A stretch of 64,000 nt of DNA, from positions 9,672,001 through 9,736,000 of the forward strand of contig CATNEN010000001.1 of NCBI GenBank assembly GCA_950097015.1. Direction: 5' to 3'. Position numbers and translations under genes: made by a program. Positions 39,893-52,798 of the stretch are shown one piece after another. Source of the stretch: Macrostomum hystrix. Taxonomy: Eukaryota; Animalia; Platyhelminthes. The number at the start of each line of letters is the position of its first letter. The stretch's first letter is position 1. Under the pieces are notes generated by a model. The model searched no databases. It was not told the origin of the DNA and saw only the letters and a program-made list of their open reading frames with translations.

Positions 39893-42392
39893 CCCACTTG
39901 AAAAAAAGCTCTGCCGCAGGCGGGCCTCTATCGGCAGCCCCCTTCGGCCCCCTAAACCCCCGCTAGCATTTGCACCGTGGCTCCGCTAGTGGCCCGCTTA
40001 GGGGGCCACTAGCAGTGTACCCCTTGAAAGCCCCTTGTAGTGGCGGCGTCCAGCGTGCCCCTTGACAGCCCCTTGCAGTAGCGGCGTGCCCCAGTCAGCC
40101 CCCCACACTTTGAGTGTCGCCATTCTTCTTCATGAAGTACTCGTACACAGCAGCCATACCGTAGCAAAATTCAATTTCAACTATTTTACAGTAGCATTTG
40201 CTGTCGCTTTTGGTTAGCGAATGGCTTTCACACCATGACTTGCCAAGGAATACAAGCAGGTTATTGTAAAGAGACTTGTCGTTTAACAAAGGAGAGCGAA
40301 ACTTAGTGAAAAATGAGCATAAAGTTATAGTTACTTATATTTATTTTTGCTATATAGTTAGGCCTAGTATAGTTAAAATACGCACAGAAGATTAGACGAT
40401 GAGAGTTGAATGATAGAGTTAAAAAAGAGAGACTAAAATGAGAGTTCTTCTTCATGAAGTACTTGTACACAGCAGCCATACCATAGCAAAATTCAATTTC
40501 AACTATTTTACAGTAGCATTTGCTGTCGCTTTTGGTAAGCGAATGGCTTTCACACCATGACTTACGAAGGAATACAAGCAGGTTATCGTAAAGAGACTTG
40601 TCGTTTAACAAGGGAGAGCGAAACTTAGTGAGAAATGAGCATAAAGTTATAGTTACTTATATTTATTTTTGCTATATAGTTAGTATAGTTAAAATACTCA
40701 CAGAAGATTAGACGATAAGAGTTAAATGATAGAGTTAAAAAAGAGAGACTTAAATGAGAGAGAGAGTTGAATGAGAGAGAGTTGAATTAGAGGGTTGAAT
40801 GAGAGAGTTGAATGAGAGAGAGTTGAATGAGATAAGTGTGAGATGAATGAAAATCAGGTGAGCGAATTGTCCGAGCGCCTTTTCCGGCATCGGGACCTCT
40901 GTTGACTGCCCTGGTGCTCCAGTTGTTCAGGCTCCCAGCGTCTCCTGTCTTCTCTGCCGCCTTCTCTGTCGCGCGAGTTCTTCAACGTCTTCGCAATAGC
41001 ATCGATGATGTCAGTTTCAACTTTGGTGGGGTGCGCACGGCGAGCTGCCTAAAATATCAATTAAAAATCTAGATTAAACAATTAGAAATGAATTACTATT
41101 TATAAACAATTTTTGTAAACAAATCATGCAAAATTTTATTAGAACCTACAAGTTTGAGCATGCTAGAATACTTAGTACTCATAAACAGTTTTATTCAGCA
41201 TAAACAAAAAAACTTCATATAATGCCTGTGTGAAGATATTTCACATTGGATTTGCAGAAAACCCCAGAGCCAGTGAGACAACTGTTAAACTCTGCTAAAT
41301 TATTTGAGATTCAAAACTAAAAAGTTGCAAACAGTAAACAAGTTAATTTAAACTTGTTTTCCGAGTGTAACAATATAATTGCAGACAAGATTTTCATATA
41401 CACATATATGTACATTAAGTATTACATTTAAGTCACATTAAAAGTCAATTAATAATGCACATTTACTGACTAAACCAATGATATAAGAAACATGTCTTAG
41501 CATTATATTAAAAAAATTATTTTCAAAATATTCAAATCAATTTTGCATTAGTTGCATACTAAAGTACAGTCAACTGTCAAGAGCAAACTGTACCTTATTC
41601 CATACTAGCAAGTAGTACAACCTAATAAAATATTGGCATAAAATTGTATGGAGTAGAGCATGCTTCAATAATTGTCATGGTAAAATTGTAAATTGTGGAA
41701 CACATGGAGCAGGCTAGTAATTTAAACGATAAGTGGGACTTAAATGGTGAATACTTAGCTGGCGAATCAACTATAAGACTGGTAGATTGAGAAAAATATA
41801 TTTATAGTGTACAGCAATGCAGAATCAATGAATGAGGAATATCTAAAAATTCAGGCTGTTTCATGGAGTTTCGCCTGATAGATGCATATTTATCTGTCAA
41901 ACAGTCCGGTTGCCTAAAATCCAGCATTTTTGCAAATAATCTAACCAATGCATATTATGAACACAGTTTGTATGATTAATGGATTCAGTTGCTCCTAAAT
42001 CTCTGCTGTATAGTCTGCCGTCTGCTGTGATATTATTATGGTGAGCACGCATGGAGAATGGATACATTTAAAAACTGTGGGGTGCCTGGCTTCATAGGTA
42101 TAAAATTATTAGTTGCAAATTATTTTTCATATATTTAATTAATAATAATTTATCTTATCTGGCAATGTTATTTTACTTTAGTATGAGCTTGTTTTTCTAC
42201 ATGATTCGGCCGGAAAAACACGGCGAGCTGCCTAGCGGGAAAGTAGCGGGAATCTAGCAGCTTGTCACTAGCGGCACCCCCCATCATCCCGTTAGTGCTC
42301 AGTTTGGGAAATTTCTCGGCCAAACCTTCCCGCTAGTTTGCCGATGGCCCCTAGCGGACCCCTTGTGGGCCGCTAGAGCATTTTCAAGTGGG
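39893..42392 (-). mobile_element. Non-autonomous EnSpm/CACTA (CMC)-type DNA transposon, 2500 bp
   Basis: TIRs CCCACTTGAAAA..GCTCT / AGAGC.TTTTCAAGTGGG, 2-bp TSD CG (39891-2 and 42393-4), clustered subterminal CCGCTAG/CTAGCGG motifs at both ends, internal tandem duplication of about 322 bp (starts 40123 and 40445), no transposase. Confidence 0.8.
40854..41048 (-). pseudogene. DUF4806-like C-terminal exon remnant inside the CACTA-type element
   Basis: After acceptor ttttag: AARRAHPTKVETDIIDAIAKTLKNSRDREGGREDRRR..*, matching the recalled DUF4806-protein C-terminal pattern (..I..wLk.a.DR.GGR). Confidence 0.55.
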
Positions 42393-43526
42393 CGATAGGC
42401 CTATCTCACGATGAAATACTTTACTGGCTTCTATAGGCAGGAGGATGTTATTTAAGAGTTAGATATGTTAAGATTATTTTAAACAAGTTTTGAGTATATC
42501 ATAGCTCTTTATCAAATGGCAATGTTTAGTTAAGCTAGCTGAATTAAATTAGGCCTAGGGTCAGGATTAGGGATGCAATGATAATGATTGTTTTAACTAC
42601 TGCATGCATCAGACACCATGGTATGCAAAAATCTCATTGCCTAAGTCTACTGTAGCTAGCTCATATGACTATGCAGGCTGGCCACTAGTAGACTGGTGAC
42701 CTGCAAAAATGTATTGCAGATGTTAGAAAAATGCAGGGGTAACAAGATAATTTTTAATGAATTTCATTCCTTGGTTGATTAGCAATTAAAGCTGTAAAGT
42801 ACATTTTAAAATTCTTGTTCTTATGGCCACCACACAAATATAGTGGTCTGTTGCTTAAAGGCACAACATGCTTTAGCATAGCTTACAAAACTCAAGACAC
42901 ACAGTGACTAGTCTTTCTTGTCACTAATAGGATAAGAAGGATACTTATTAGGCAGACGGCACATCAAAAGGCTGCTTTTTAGACCTATAGGCATGAGATC
43001 AACTGTCACCTGGCTGAGCCCATAGTGTAGCTGGCTTGGCCTAGCTCCTTGTGTGTTTTTAGCCTCTGACTTTTGCTGCTAGGCCTACTAATTGCTGCTA
43101 CCTACCTATTTTGTTGTTCTTATTGTTTTTGCACAATAGAACAACTTGGTTTTATAGTGCCCCCATATAATAACTAAATCACCTCAAAAATTTACCTAAA
43201 AATAAAAATGAAAATGCAAAATGCAAAGCTCAGCATTTTAATCCATGAAAGTAACATAAATTATGCACACTCTGGGTTTCCAAAAAGAGTATGGCTTAAT
43301 CATAGTAATATTTAAATTCTTACAGTCTTGGATTTTCATAAATAGGACTATTTTTAAACAATCAGTTTTGTTAAAAGTTCTTTCTGTAAAAACTTTGAAA
43401 AAGGAGCAGTCTAAAGTTGTCATAGCTTACTAATGAAATATATAATTATGCAAGTATTGTCAATGAACTTCAAGCAACACAATCAATCCAAACAATGCAT
43501 TATCCTACTTAACATTTTTTGCAGAC

Positions 43527-43597
43527 ATGTATCTTTCTGCTAACGGCAAATCAAAGTCTAATTCAAAACCGCATTCATTCTCCAGGAGGTCATTCAG
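43527..43597 (+). CDS. NADK: Alternative first coding exon of NADK (MYLSANGKSKSNSKPHSFSRRSFR)
   Basis: Acceptor tttttgcag at 43524, ATG at 43527, strong donor CAG|gtaagt. Ends in phase 2, matching the 46253 exon. Confidence 0.6.
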
Positions 43598-44125
43598 GTA
43601 AGTTACTATGCGATATTAAAAAATTGTATTATTTTCTTTCTAATCAATCTTTGCATTTTGTTATCCTCAATCTAGCTGTTGTGTTATTGGTATTTGGGAT
43701 TTTAAGAATCTAAACCCTTTTAAATGTATTCAATTTTTTATATCTTTTTGCAATAGCTTTAGAAATTTGGTCTAGTATATCTTAATGCCAGTTTTTTTGC
43801 TTTAACAAATTTTATTAGCCTTTGATAAACTAATTTACAGCAAACATACAAAAAGTGTGAAATCTAGTGAAATATATCTTTATTAACTATCTTTTTCTGA
43901 TGTTGTTTATGCACTTGGTAATTAAATGCAATATTGTAAGTTAATAATATTTTAACAATTGTCTCCCAATACCCACCTTTCTCTTCCATTTTCAGCCAGG
44001 TCTGATACAAATATTTATAGGCTTTAGACAAGCAACTTCAATTATTTCTTTTTAGAAACATTCCTAATTTGCTTACCATCCTACTGGTAAGTAGTCAGTA
44101 AGTAATCAAGTAGTTAATTGAAAAC

Positions 44126-47100
44126 ATGTCGAGCAAAAACGGCTCCAGTAGTGGAAGATTTCACGTTTCCAAAGCTCCAATAGTCACTAGTTGTGGCCAA
44201 CAACTGCAACAGAAGCAGCAGCAGCAACAGCTTCCAGTGCCAAAGCAAACGTTGCTTTGGGCTCAGGGTGACCCTGACTGCGATGATAGTGACACCGATG
44301 CTGCTTCTGCTGCCTCTGTTGGCGCAGTCGCTGCAGCCGCCGCTGCTGATGCCGCCAACGGAGGCGACGCGCGAATGCAGCGTCAGAATCATCCTAGGAG
44401 CAATATGACCCTGCACTGGAAGCCATTCTTTCAGAGGTGGATATCTGGTTAAAAATACCAACAAATTGTTGTCCAGTTACCTATATTGTAGTCTCTCATA
44501 TTTTTTAACCCTAATTTTTCCCTTTATTGAAGTTGCTTAAAGCGTTTAAGGAGTGTTTTAATCGTGTTTTTTGCGGTTTTTTATTAAGAAAGCTATTGGT
44601 TTTCGCATAAAACATGGGTTAGAAAACTTAGACTTATATATGTGCCTTAAAAGATAATAAAACGATAAACTATGAAGAATATGAGACTCGTAAAAGATAA
44701 GGCACGGTAGAGATAAGACAGGAGAGATAAGACAGGAGAGATAAGACAAAGAAAAGCTGAAAAACACAAGATGAGACATGTGATAGATATGACACGGGAG
44801 AGATGAGACATGTGATAGATATGACACGGGAGAGATGAGACATGTGATAGATATGACACGGGAGAGATGAGACATGTGATAGATATGACACGGGAGAGAT
44901 GAGTCTGAGACATGTGATAGATATGACACGAGGGAGATAAAACATGTGAGAGATGAGACACGAGAGAGATGAGTCATGTGAGAAATAAGTCACGGGAGAG
45001 ATAAGACGTGAGAGATGAGACATGTGAGAGATGAGATAGGGGATAGGTAAGACACGGGAGAGATGAGACATGTGAGAGATGAGATAGGGGATAGGTAAGA
45101 CACGGGAGAGATGAGACATGTGAGAGATGAGATAGGGGATAGGTAAGACACGGGAGAGATGAGACATGTGAGAGATGAGATAGGGGATAGGTAAGACACG
45201 GGAGAGATGAGACATGTGAGAGATGAGATAGGGGATAGGTAAGACATGGGAGAGATGAGACATGAGAGACGAGATATGTGAGAAATAAGACACGGGAGAG
45301 ATGAGACATGAGGCAGTGAGATTTAGGAGAAAACATGTGGTTGTATTCCACAATTTCATAAGGGTTGTCGACCCTGACATATGCGACAGTTGGGATACTT
45401 ATAATATTTTTTCATTCACAGTTTACTATGAATTAATCCTAAATTCACTCGGACTGTTGTTTGTGTTTGTTCGTGTTTTTTAGTTTGAATTTCACATTCG
45501 TGTGAACAGTTTGATGAAATCTTTGATGAAGTCATCAAAGTACAAGTCAGCTATTTCATTTCCTGCATGTGAGTTAAACTAATATTAATTTATATCGAGT
45601 ATATTTTTACTAACAATCTTTAAGTAAAATAAAATTTCAAAAAAATTTGTAGTAATAGCTCGTAATTTTGTTTATTTCTTTAGGTTATCATTACTTACCA
45701 GTAGCTTGTCTTCTGCATGTTTTATACCTTGTTTATTGTCTAATTTTGTAAAACGTTACCCAACGTGTCCGTCTGACAATATGTTTTAAGATCTGACAAG
45801 ACCTGTTAAGATCTGACAAGATCTGTTAAGATCTGACAATATCTGTTAAGATCTGACAAGATCTGTTAGGATCTGACAAGATCTGTTAAGATCTGACAAG
45901 ATCTGTTAAGATCTGACAAGATCTGTTAAGATCTGACAAGATCTGTTAAGATCTGACTAGATCTGTTAAGATCTGACTAGATCTGTTAAGATCTGACAAG
46001 GTCTGTTAAGATCTGACAAGGTCTGTTAAGATCTGACAAGATCTGTTAGGATCTGACAAGATCTGTTAAGATCTGACAAGATCTGTTAAGATCTGACAAG
46101 ATCTGTTAAGATCTGACAAGATCTGTTAAGATCTGACAAGATCTGTTAAGATCTGACAATATCTGTTAAGATCTGATATTTAGTCTTAAGTTATTACTTC
46201 ACAAGTCAGTAACCTTATATTTCAAACCCAACCTTAATTTTTCTATCCGCAGAGGTTTAAAAGACAGCAAATTTGACAATCATTTGTTAAAATGGTCGGA
46301 CAATTTGCCGAAGCACGTCCTAGTGATTAAGAAACCGGATCCGACTATACTGCCCTCCTTTATTGAATTGTTGGTGCACTTAGTGACGGTGAGTGAATTA
46401 AAAATATTGTTCATAAATGCTTCCGTATTCTCTTTGTTTCGCATGTGTTTCTATGCCGATTTCAGGCACAAAAACACTTATTCGTAAACTGGTACGTCTG
46501 CTAAAGGCGGTTACAGTGAAATTGGCTAGAGAATCAAGTTTGTTAATGAAAATTAACAAATAAACAAGCCACTTGTAACAGAAGCAGCGTACTCACAGTA
46601 TTATTGTCCTTGTTATGGGCCTGAGATCGTTTTATCAGCTTTGAACAAAGATTTTGTCAATGATATTGCTGATGATTGTCAGACTCACACAATTCAATCT
46701 AATCTTGTAGTTTTTATTTCATTAGGCTCGGAAGTAGAACATGGACCTATAGAGAAAATAGAACTAAAAAGTACATGATCATTACTATGATCACAATCAC
46801 TGAATTGGTCAAAATGTCTATATATCAGGCTCATTAAATCAGTGATTATCTTGATAGGTAGCAGACAATGGTCGGGGTCATTGAATCAGTGGTCATTGTA
46901 AGTTTTATTATTAAGGTCATAGAATTGGTCATTTGTCATATAGCAGACTATTATCAGGGTCATCTAACAGAGTCATACAGCAGACTATGATCAGGGTCAT
47001 CTAACAGAGTCATACAGCAGACTATGATCAGGGTCATCTAGCAGAGTCATACAGCAGACTATGATCAGGGTTATCTAGCAGAGTCATACAGCAGACTATG

Positions 47101-50100
47101 ATCAGGGTCATCTAGCAGAGTCATACAGCAGACTATGATCAGGGTTATCTAGCAGAGTCATACAGCAGACTATGATCAGGGTTATCTAGCAGAGTCATAC
47201 AGCAGACTATGATCAGGGTTATCTAGCAGAGTCATACAGCAGACTATGATCAGGGTCATCTAGCAGAGTCATACAGCAGACTATGATCAGGGTCATCTAG
47301 CAGAGTCATACAGCAGACTATGATCAGGGTCATCTAGCAGAGTCATACAGCAGACTATGATCAGGGTCATCTAGCAGAGTCATACAGCAGACTATGATCA
47401 GGGTCATCTAGCAGAGTCATACAGCAGACTATGATCAGGGTCATCTAGCAGAGTCATACAGCAGACTATGATCAGCATTTCCGTCACACCGCAGGACCTG
47501 AGTCTCGAAGTGTTTGTGGAATGCAGCTCCGTGCCAGAATGCGAGCGCAGCAAAGAAGAGTTAGCCGCCCTTTCAGATCAGTTCACTGCCATCTCGCCTA
47601 AATTAAAAACTTTTGTCTATGGCGAGGCCAACTTTACTGACAAGATGATCGACCTGATTGTCTGCCTGGGCGGTGATGGCACCCTACTGTACGCCAGCTC
47701 TTTGTTCAAAGCGGATGTGCCGCCAATTCTAGCCTTCCATTTGGGCAGTTTGGGATTTTTAACGCCGCACAGATTTGAGAATTATCGAGAGGATCTGCGC
47801 TCAGTGCTCAACAATCAGAGCTACTTCACTATGCGGTCAAGGCTAGCGTGCTCACTCTACAAAGCTTCTCAGGCTAGCACTGAGAAAAAACAGGTTTGTG
47901 CTCCTGATATTGCAATGCTTGATAAATGCAGATTTGCATTGATGTTGTGGTTCTTGCCCCTGTCTCACCTCTCCTCTACCTGCCTATCTCCCTCTCACTC
48001 TCCACCTTCTCCCTCTACTTCTCTCCCTCTCTACTTCTCTCCCTCTCCACTTTTCTCCCTCTACTTCTCTCCCTCTCCACTTCTCTCCCTCTCTACTTCT
48101 CCCCTCTACTTCTCTCCCTCTCTACTTCTCTCCCATTCTACTTCTCTCCCTCTCTACTTCTCCCTCTCTACTTCTCTCCCTCTCTACTTCTCTCCCATTC
48201 TACTTCTCTCCCTCTCTACTTCTCTCTCTCTCTAATTCTCCCCCTCTACTTCTCTCCCTCTCTACTTCTCTCCCATTCTACTTCTCTCCCTCTCTACTTC
48301 TCCCTCTCTACTTCTCTCCCTCTCTACTTCTCTCCCATTCTACTTCTCTCCCTCTCTACTTCTCTCTCTCTCCACTTCTCTCCCTCTCTACTTCTCTCCC
48401 TCTCTACTTCTCTCCCTCTCTACTTCTCTCCCTCTCTACTTCTCTTCCTTTCTACTTCTCTCCCTTTCTACTTTTCTCCCTCTCTACTTCTCTCCCTCTC
48501 TACTTCTCTCCCTCTCTACTTCTCTCCCTCTCTACTTCTCTCCCTTTCTACTTCTCTCCCTTTCTACTTCTCTCCCTCTCTACTTCTCTCCCTCTCTACT
48601 TCTCTCCCTCTCTACTTCTCTCCCTCTCTACTTCTCTCCCTCTCTACTTTTCTCCCTCTACTTTTCTCCCTTTCTACTTCTCTCCCTCTCTACTTCTCTC
48701 CCTCTCTACTTCTCTCCCTTTCTACTTCTCTCCCTCTCTACTTCTCTCCCTCTCTACTTCTCTCCCTTTCTACTTCTCTCCCTTTCTACTTCTCTCCCTC
48801 TCTACTTCTCTCCCTTTCTACTTCTCTCCCTCTCTACTTCTCTCCCTCTCTACTTCTCTCCCTCTCTACTTTTCTCCCTCTACTTCTCTCCCTCTCTACT
48901 TCTCTCCCTCTCCACTTTTCTCCCTCTACTTCTCTCCCTCTCTACTTCTCTCCCTCTCTACTTCTCTCCTTCTCTAAATCTCTCCCTCTCTACTTCTCTA
49001 CTGCTTTCTACTTCTCTCCCTCTCTACTTCTCTCCCTTTCTACTTCTCTCCCTCTCTACTTTTCTCCCTCTACTTCTCTCCCTTTCTACTTCTCTCCCTC
49101 TCTACTTCTCTCCCTCTCTACTTCTCTCCCTCTCCACTTTTCTCCCTCTACTTCTCTCCCTCTCTACTTCTCTCCCTCTCTAAATCTCTCCCTCTCTACT
49201 TCTCTACTGCTTTCTACTTCTCTCCCTCTCTACTTCTCTACTGCTTTCTACTTCTCTCCCTCTCTACTTCTCTCCTTCTCTAAATCTCTCCCTCTCTACT
49301 TCTCTACTGCTTTCTACTTCTCTCCCTCTCTACTTCTCTCCTTCTCTAAATCTCTCCCTCTCTACTTCTCTACTGCTTTCTATTTCTCTCCCTCTCTACT
49401 TCTCTACTGCTTTCTATTTCTCTCACTTTCTCCCTTACTTTCTCCACCTGTTTTCCCTTATTCCTATTTTCAGCAAAAGGTACCTTTGCTGACAGTTTGC
49501 TGTCAGGCCATATAGAAGCATTAAATTAACCATGCCTTAATTTAGCATCTAACAGTTTTCATCTCTCATTGTTCTACTTTAGATATGTCGTCGTGGATTA
49601 AAACAAAACTAGAGCTAGCTAGAATTGTTTAATTATGTTTCACGCCTTCTATTGTGATAACTGTCTTTACAATTCAGCAGTGAAGTGATTCTTTGTCTAG
49701 CTAAAGCTTTCATTCCAGAAAATTTAAATTTTGCTTCTTGTTTTGTATTGCATTCTTAAAAATTCGTTACATTTTTTACTACTTAGTAGGTACTGTCTTT
49801 AGGGAAGAAATAGCACTGGGAAACCTTTAAGTAAATCTGTGTTAAATATTTCGCTGACTCCAAATACAAAAGACTCTTTGTTTGGAAAATCCTATTTACT
49901 TGTTAAATTATCCAATCCACCCTTTTTTGTAGTCTCCAGTCTCCTCTTTTTGTCCGTCACCTTTCCTCCTCTCTCTTCCATCATTCCTATTCCCTAATCC
50001 CCATTCCCTAATCCTCATCCCCTAATTTCCATTCTCTAATCCCCATTCTCTAATCACGATTCCTTAATCTACATTAACTAATCCCAATTCCCTAATCCCA

Positions 50101-52798
50101 TTTCCTAATCTCCAGTCTCTAATCCTCATTCTCTAATTCCAATTCCCTAATCCTCATTTCCTAATCTCCAGTCTCTAATCCTCATTCTCTAATTCCAATT
50201 CCCTAATCCTCATTCTCTAATCCTAAATTCCTTAATCCCCATTCCCTGATCCCCATTCCCTAATCCTCATTCTCTAATCCCAATTCCCTAATCCTCATCT
50301 CCTAATTCCCATTCACTAATCCCCATTCTCTAATCCCCATTCTGTAATCGCCATTCTCTAATCCACATTCCCTAATCATCATTCCCTAATCCTCATTCTC
50401 TAATCCTAAATTCCTTAATCCCCATTCCCTGATCCCCATTCCCTAATCCTCATTCTCTAATCCCAATTCCCTAATCCTCATCTCCTAATTCCCATTCACT
50501 AATCCCCATTCTCTAATCCCCATTCTGTAATCGCCATTCTCTAATCATCATTCCCTAATCATCATTCCCTAATCCTCATTCTCTAATCCTAAATTCCTTA
50601 ATCCCCATTCCCTGATCCCCATTCCCTAATCCTCATTCTCTAATCCCAATTCCCTAATCCTCATTCTCTAATCCCAATTCCCTAATCCTCATCTCCTAAT
50701 TCCCATTCTCTAATCCCCATTCTGTAATCGCCATTCTCTAATCCACATTCCCTAATCATCATTCCCTAATCCCATTCCTAAATCCCCATTAAATAATCCA
50801 TATTACTTAATTCCTAATCTATATCCATATTCCTAGACGTCCTTAGTCCCTAATCCCTATTCCATATTCCCTAAAATATTCCGTAATCTATGATTCAAAA
50901 CGCGTTGCCCTTAATGTCCATTTCATTTTCCTCAATCAATTTCCGCTGTTTTCTTTTTTTCTCCCTTTCGTCCACCCTCCATATACCATCGCCGCTTCCA
51001 TTTTCTCGTTTCACACCTACTTTTTTTCTCGTACTTTGTATCAATTTTTTTCATTTCAGCTTTTGAACATATTTTTTTCTTCAAAAGAGAGTTAACATTT
51101 TAGTTAACTTACTGCAAATAATAAACTCTTTAGTCTAGTGACTTGCTACATTCTCTTCGTCAAATTTTCTGATCTTTCGAATCGAATCTGGGATTTTTAT
51201 CGCCATATTTCTCATATCTAAAAAGATTTACAGTTGAAAAAAAAATCCATTTTCATCAATAAGCTTTATTTTTATATCGATAAACTGAAACTCTTCATCT
51301 ATTAACCGAAACTCTTTATCTATAAACTGAAAACAATCATTTATAAACTGAAACCAATCATCTATAAACTGAAACCAATCATCTATAAACTGAAACCAAT
51401 CATTTATAAACTGAAACCAATCATCTATAAACTGAAACCAATCATCTATAAACTGAAACCAATCATTTATAAACTGAAACCAATCATTTATAAACTGAAA
51501 CCAATCATCTATAAACTGAAACCAATCATTTATAAACTGAAACCAATCATCTATAAACTGAAACCAATCATTTATAAACTGAAACCAATCATTTATAAAC
51601 TGAAACCAATGATCTATAAACAAACTCTGGTCCTATGCCCAACAGGTCCTCAACGAGGTGGTGATCGACCGCGGTCCTTCGGGCAATCTTTGCGTCCTTG
51701 ACGTTGTCATCGAAGATCAGACTGTGACCACTATGCAAGGCGACGGTTTGATAGTCAGCAGTCCCACCGGTAGCACAGCCTATGCCATGGCTGCTGGGGC
51801 CAACATGCTGCACCCGTCTGTGCCAGCTCTCCTACTGGCTCCAATCTGTCCGCACTCGCTCAGCTTCAGGCCCGTGATTCTGCCCGCTAGCACCGGCATC
51901 ACCGTCCGACTGGCTGAGTCGGCCAGGAGCAACGCCTGGGTTAGCTTCGATGGCCGCGACCGTCAGGAACTGTTGCCAGGTTGGCTTCATTGCGGCTGGG
52001 TTTGGGGAATATTTTATTGATTCCGGGATATTAGGTTTGAAATAGACGGGGTTTTAGCCTTGACGACATGAAGGTCGGGGATTCGATTCCTGACTCCGTT
52101 GGAACAATGTGTCCTTTAGCAAGACACTTTAAAAACTGCATTGCTGTTGGGTGTGGCGTCGTCCAGTCCATGGACTGAACAGCCGTACGCAGCATTCAGA
52201 TGCGTCGAGAAATAGCTGCGGCTGTGCTGTCGGCTGCACATCTATTATCTTGAACTCTACATCTATTAACTGAAACAAATTGTTTCATTAAGCTAGACAA
52301 TTAACTCTGCATTGCTTCAGTTCACCCAGCTAATAAATGAGTGCTGGCATCAGCTGGGGTAATTAAGGGTGGATATAGCTTCCCCCACCCCCAGTCCATG
52401 GACTGAACAGCAGTACAGTGCTTTCGGCTGCACATCTGGCCCAATCGGGGCAAGTTTAATTGATTATTATTAATACTAGTGGGATATCAATAACGATTGA
52501 TTGAACAATTCTGTCGCGCTCAGGCGATCACGTTGCCATCACCACGTCCGAGTACATGGTGCCATCGATATCGGCTCGCAGCCCGCTACAGGACTGGTTT
52601 AGCGGCCTGGCCGAGTGCTTTCATTGGAATGTGCGCTCGCTGCAGAAAGCTCTACCGACTAGCGGGTCCGCATCTAGCAGCTCGGGGGCGTTGGCTGTGG
52701 GGGCAGCGGCTGTCAACAATCATGTGACTAGCGCTGCGGTCGACTCAGCTTCGTCAGCATCGTCTGTGTCCGAAGCTTCGAAAGCCTCTTCAAATTGA
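44126..52798 (+). CDS. NADK: NAD kinase. Exons 44126-44436 (or alternative 43527-43597), 46253-46388, 47495-47893, 51646-51979, 52524-52798
   Basis: Signature motifs [97 protein letters not shown]. Splice phases are consistent. The donor of the 44126 exon (AG|gtggat) is weak. Confidence 0.95.
44710..45312. repeat. 16-bp family array in reverse orientation (CACGGGAGAGATGAGA) with higher-order units
   Basis: Tandem units in an NADK intron. Confidence 0.9.
45772..46176. repeat. 20-bp minisatellite AGATCTGACAAGATCTGTTA
   Basis: Dimer of 10-bp AGATCTG subunits. Confidence 0.96.
46940..47475. repeat. 37-bp minisatellite ATACAGCAGACTATGATCAGGGTCATCTAGCAGAGTC
   Basis: Direct tandem units. Confidence 0.96.
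47960..49445. repeat. 16-bp pyrimidine-rich minisatellite TCTACTTCTCTCCCTC
   Basis: Direct tandem units. Confidence 0.95.
49985..50790. repeat. 14-bp CCCTAATCCTCATT-type repeat with a 183-bp higher-order unit
   Basis: Variant tcctaaattcctta recurs at 50221, 50404 and 50587. Confidence 0.9.
51280..51620. repeat. 21-bp minisatellite TATAAACTGAAACCAATCAT(C/T)
   Basis: Direct tandem units. Confidence 0.95.
52048..52472 (+). mobile_element. Two rearranged SINE family 2 fragments in the last NADK intron
   Basis: Two copies of ccagtccatggactgaacag..tcggctgcacatct. Head remnant at 52048-52097; CORE-like part at 52108-52145 and 52301-52370. Confidence 0.75.

Noticed and set aside
40095-40611. Two similar ORFs (MLNDKSLY..) as small genes
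   Set aside because: They arise from the 322-bp internal duplication in the transposon and have non-ATG starts.
49985-50790. True interstitial telomere
   Set aside because: Units are 7/14 bp and degenerate, not (TTAGGG)n.
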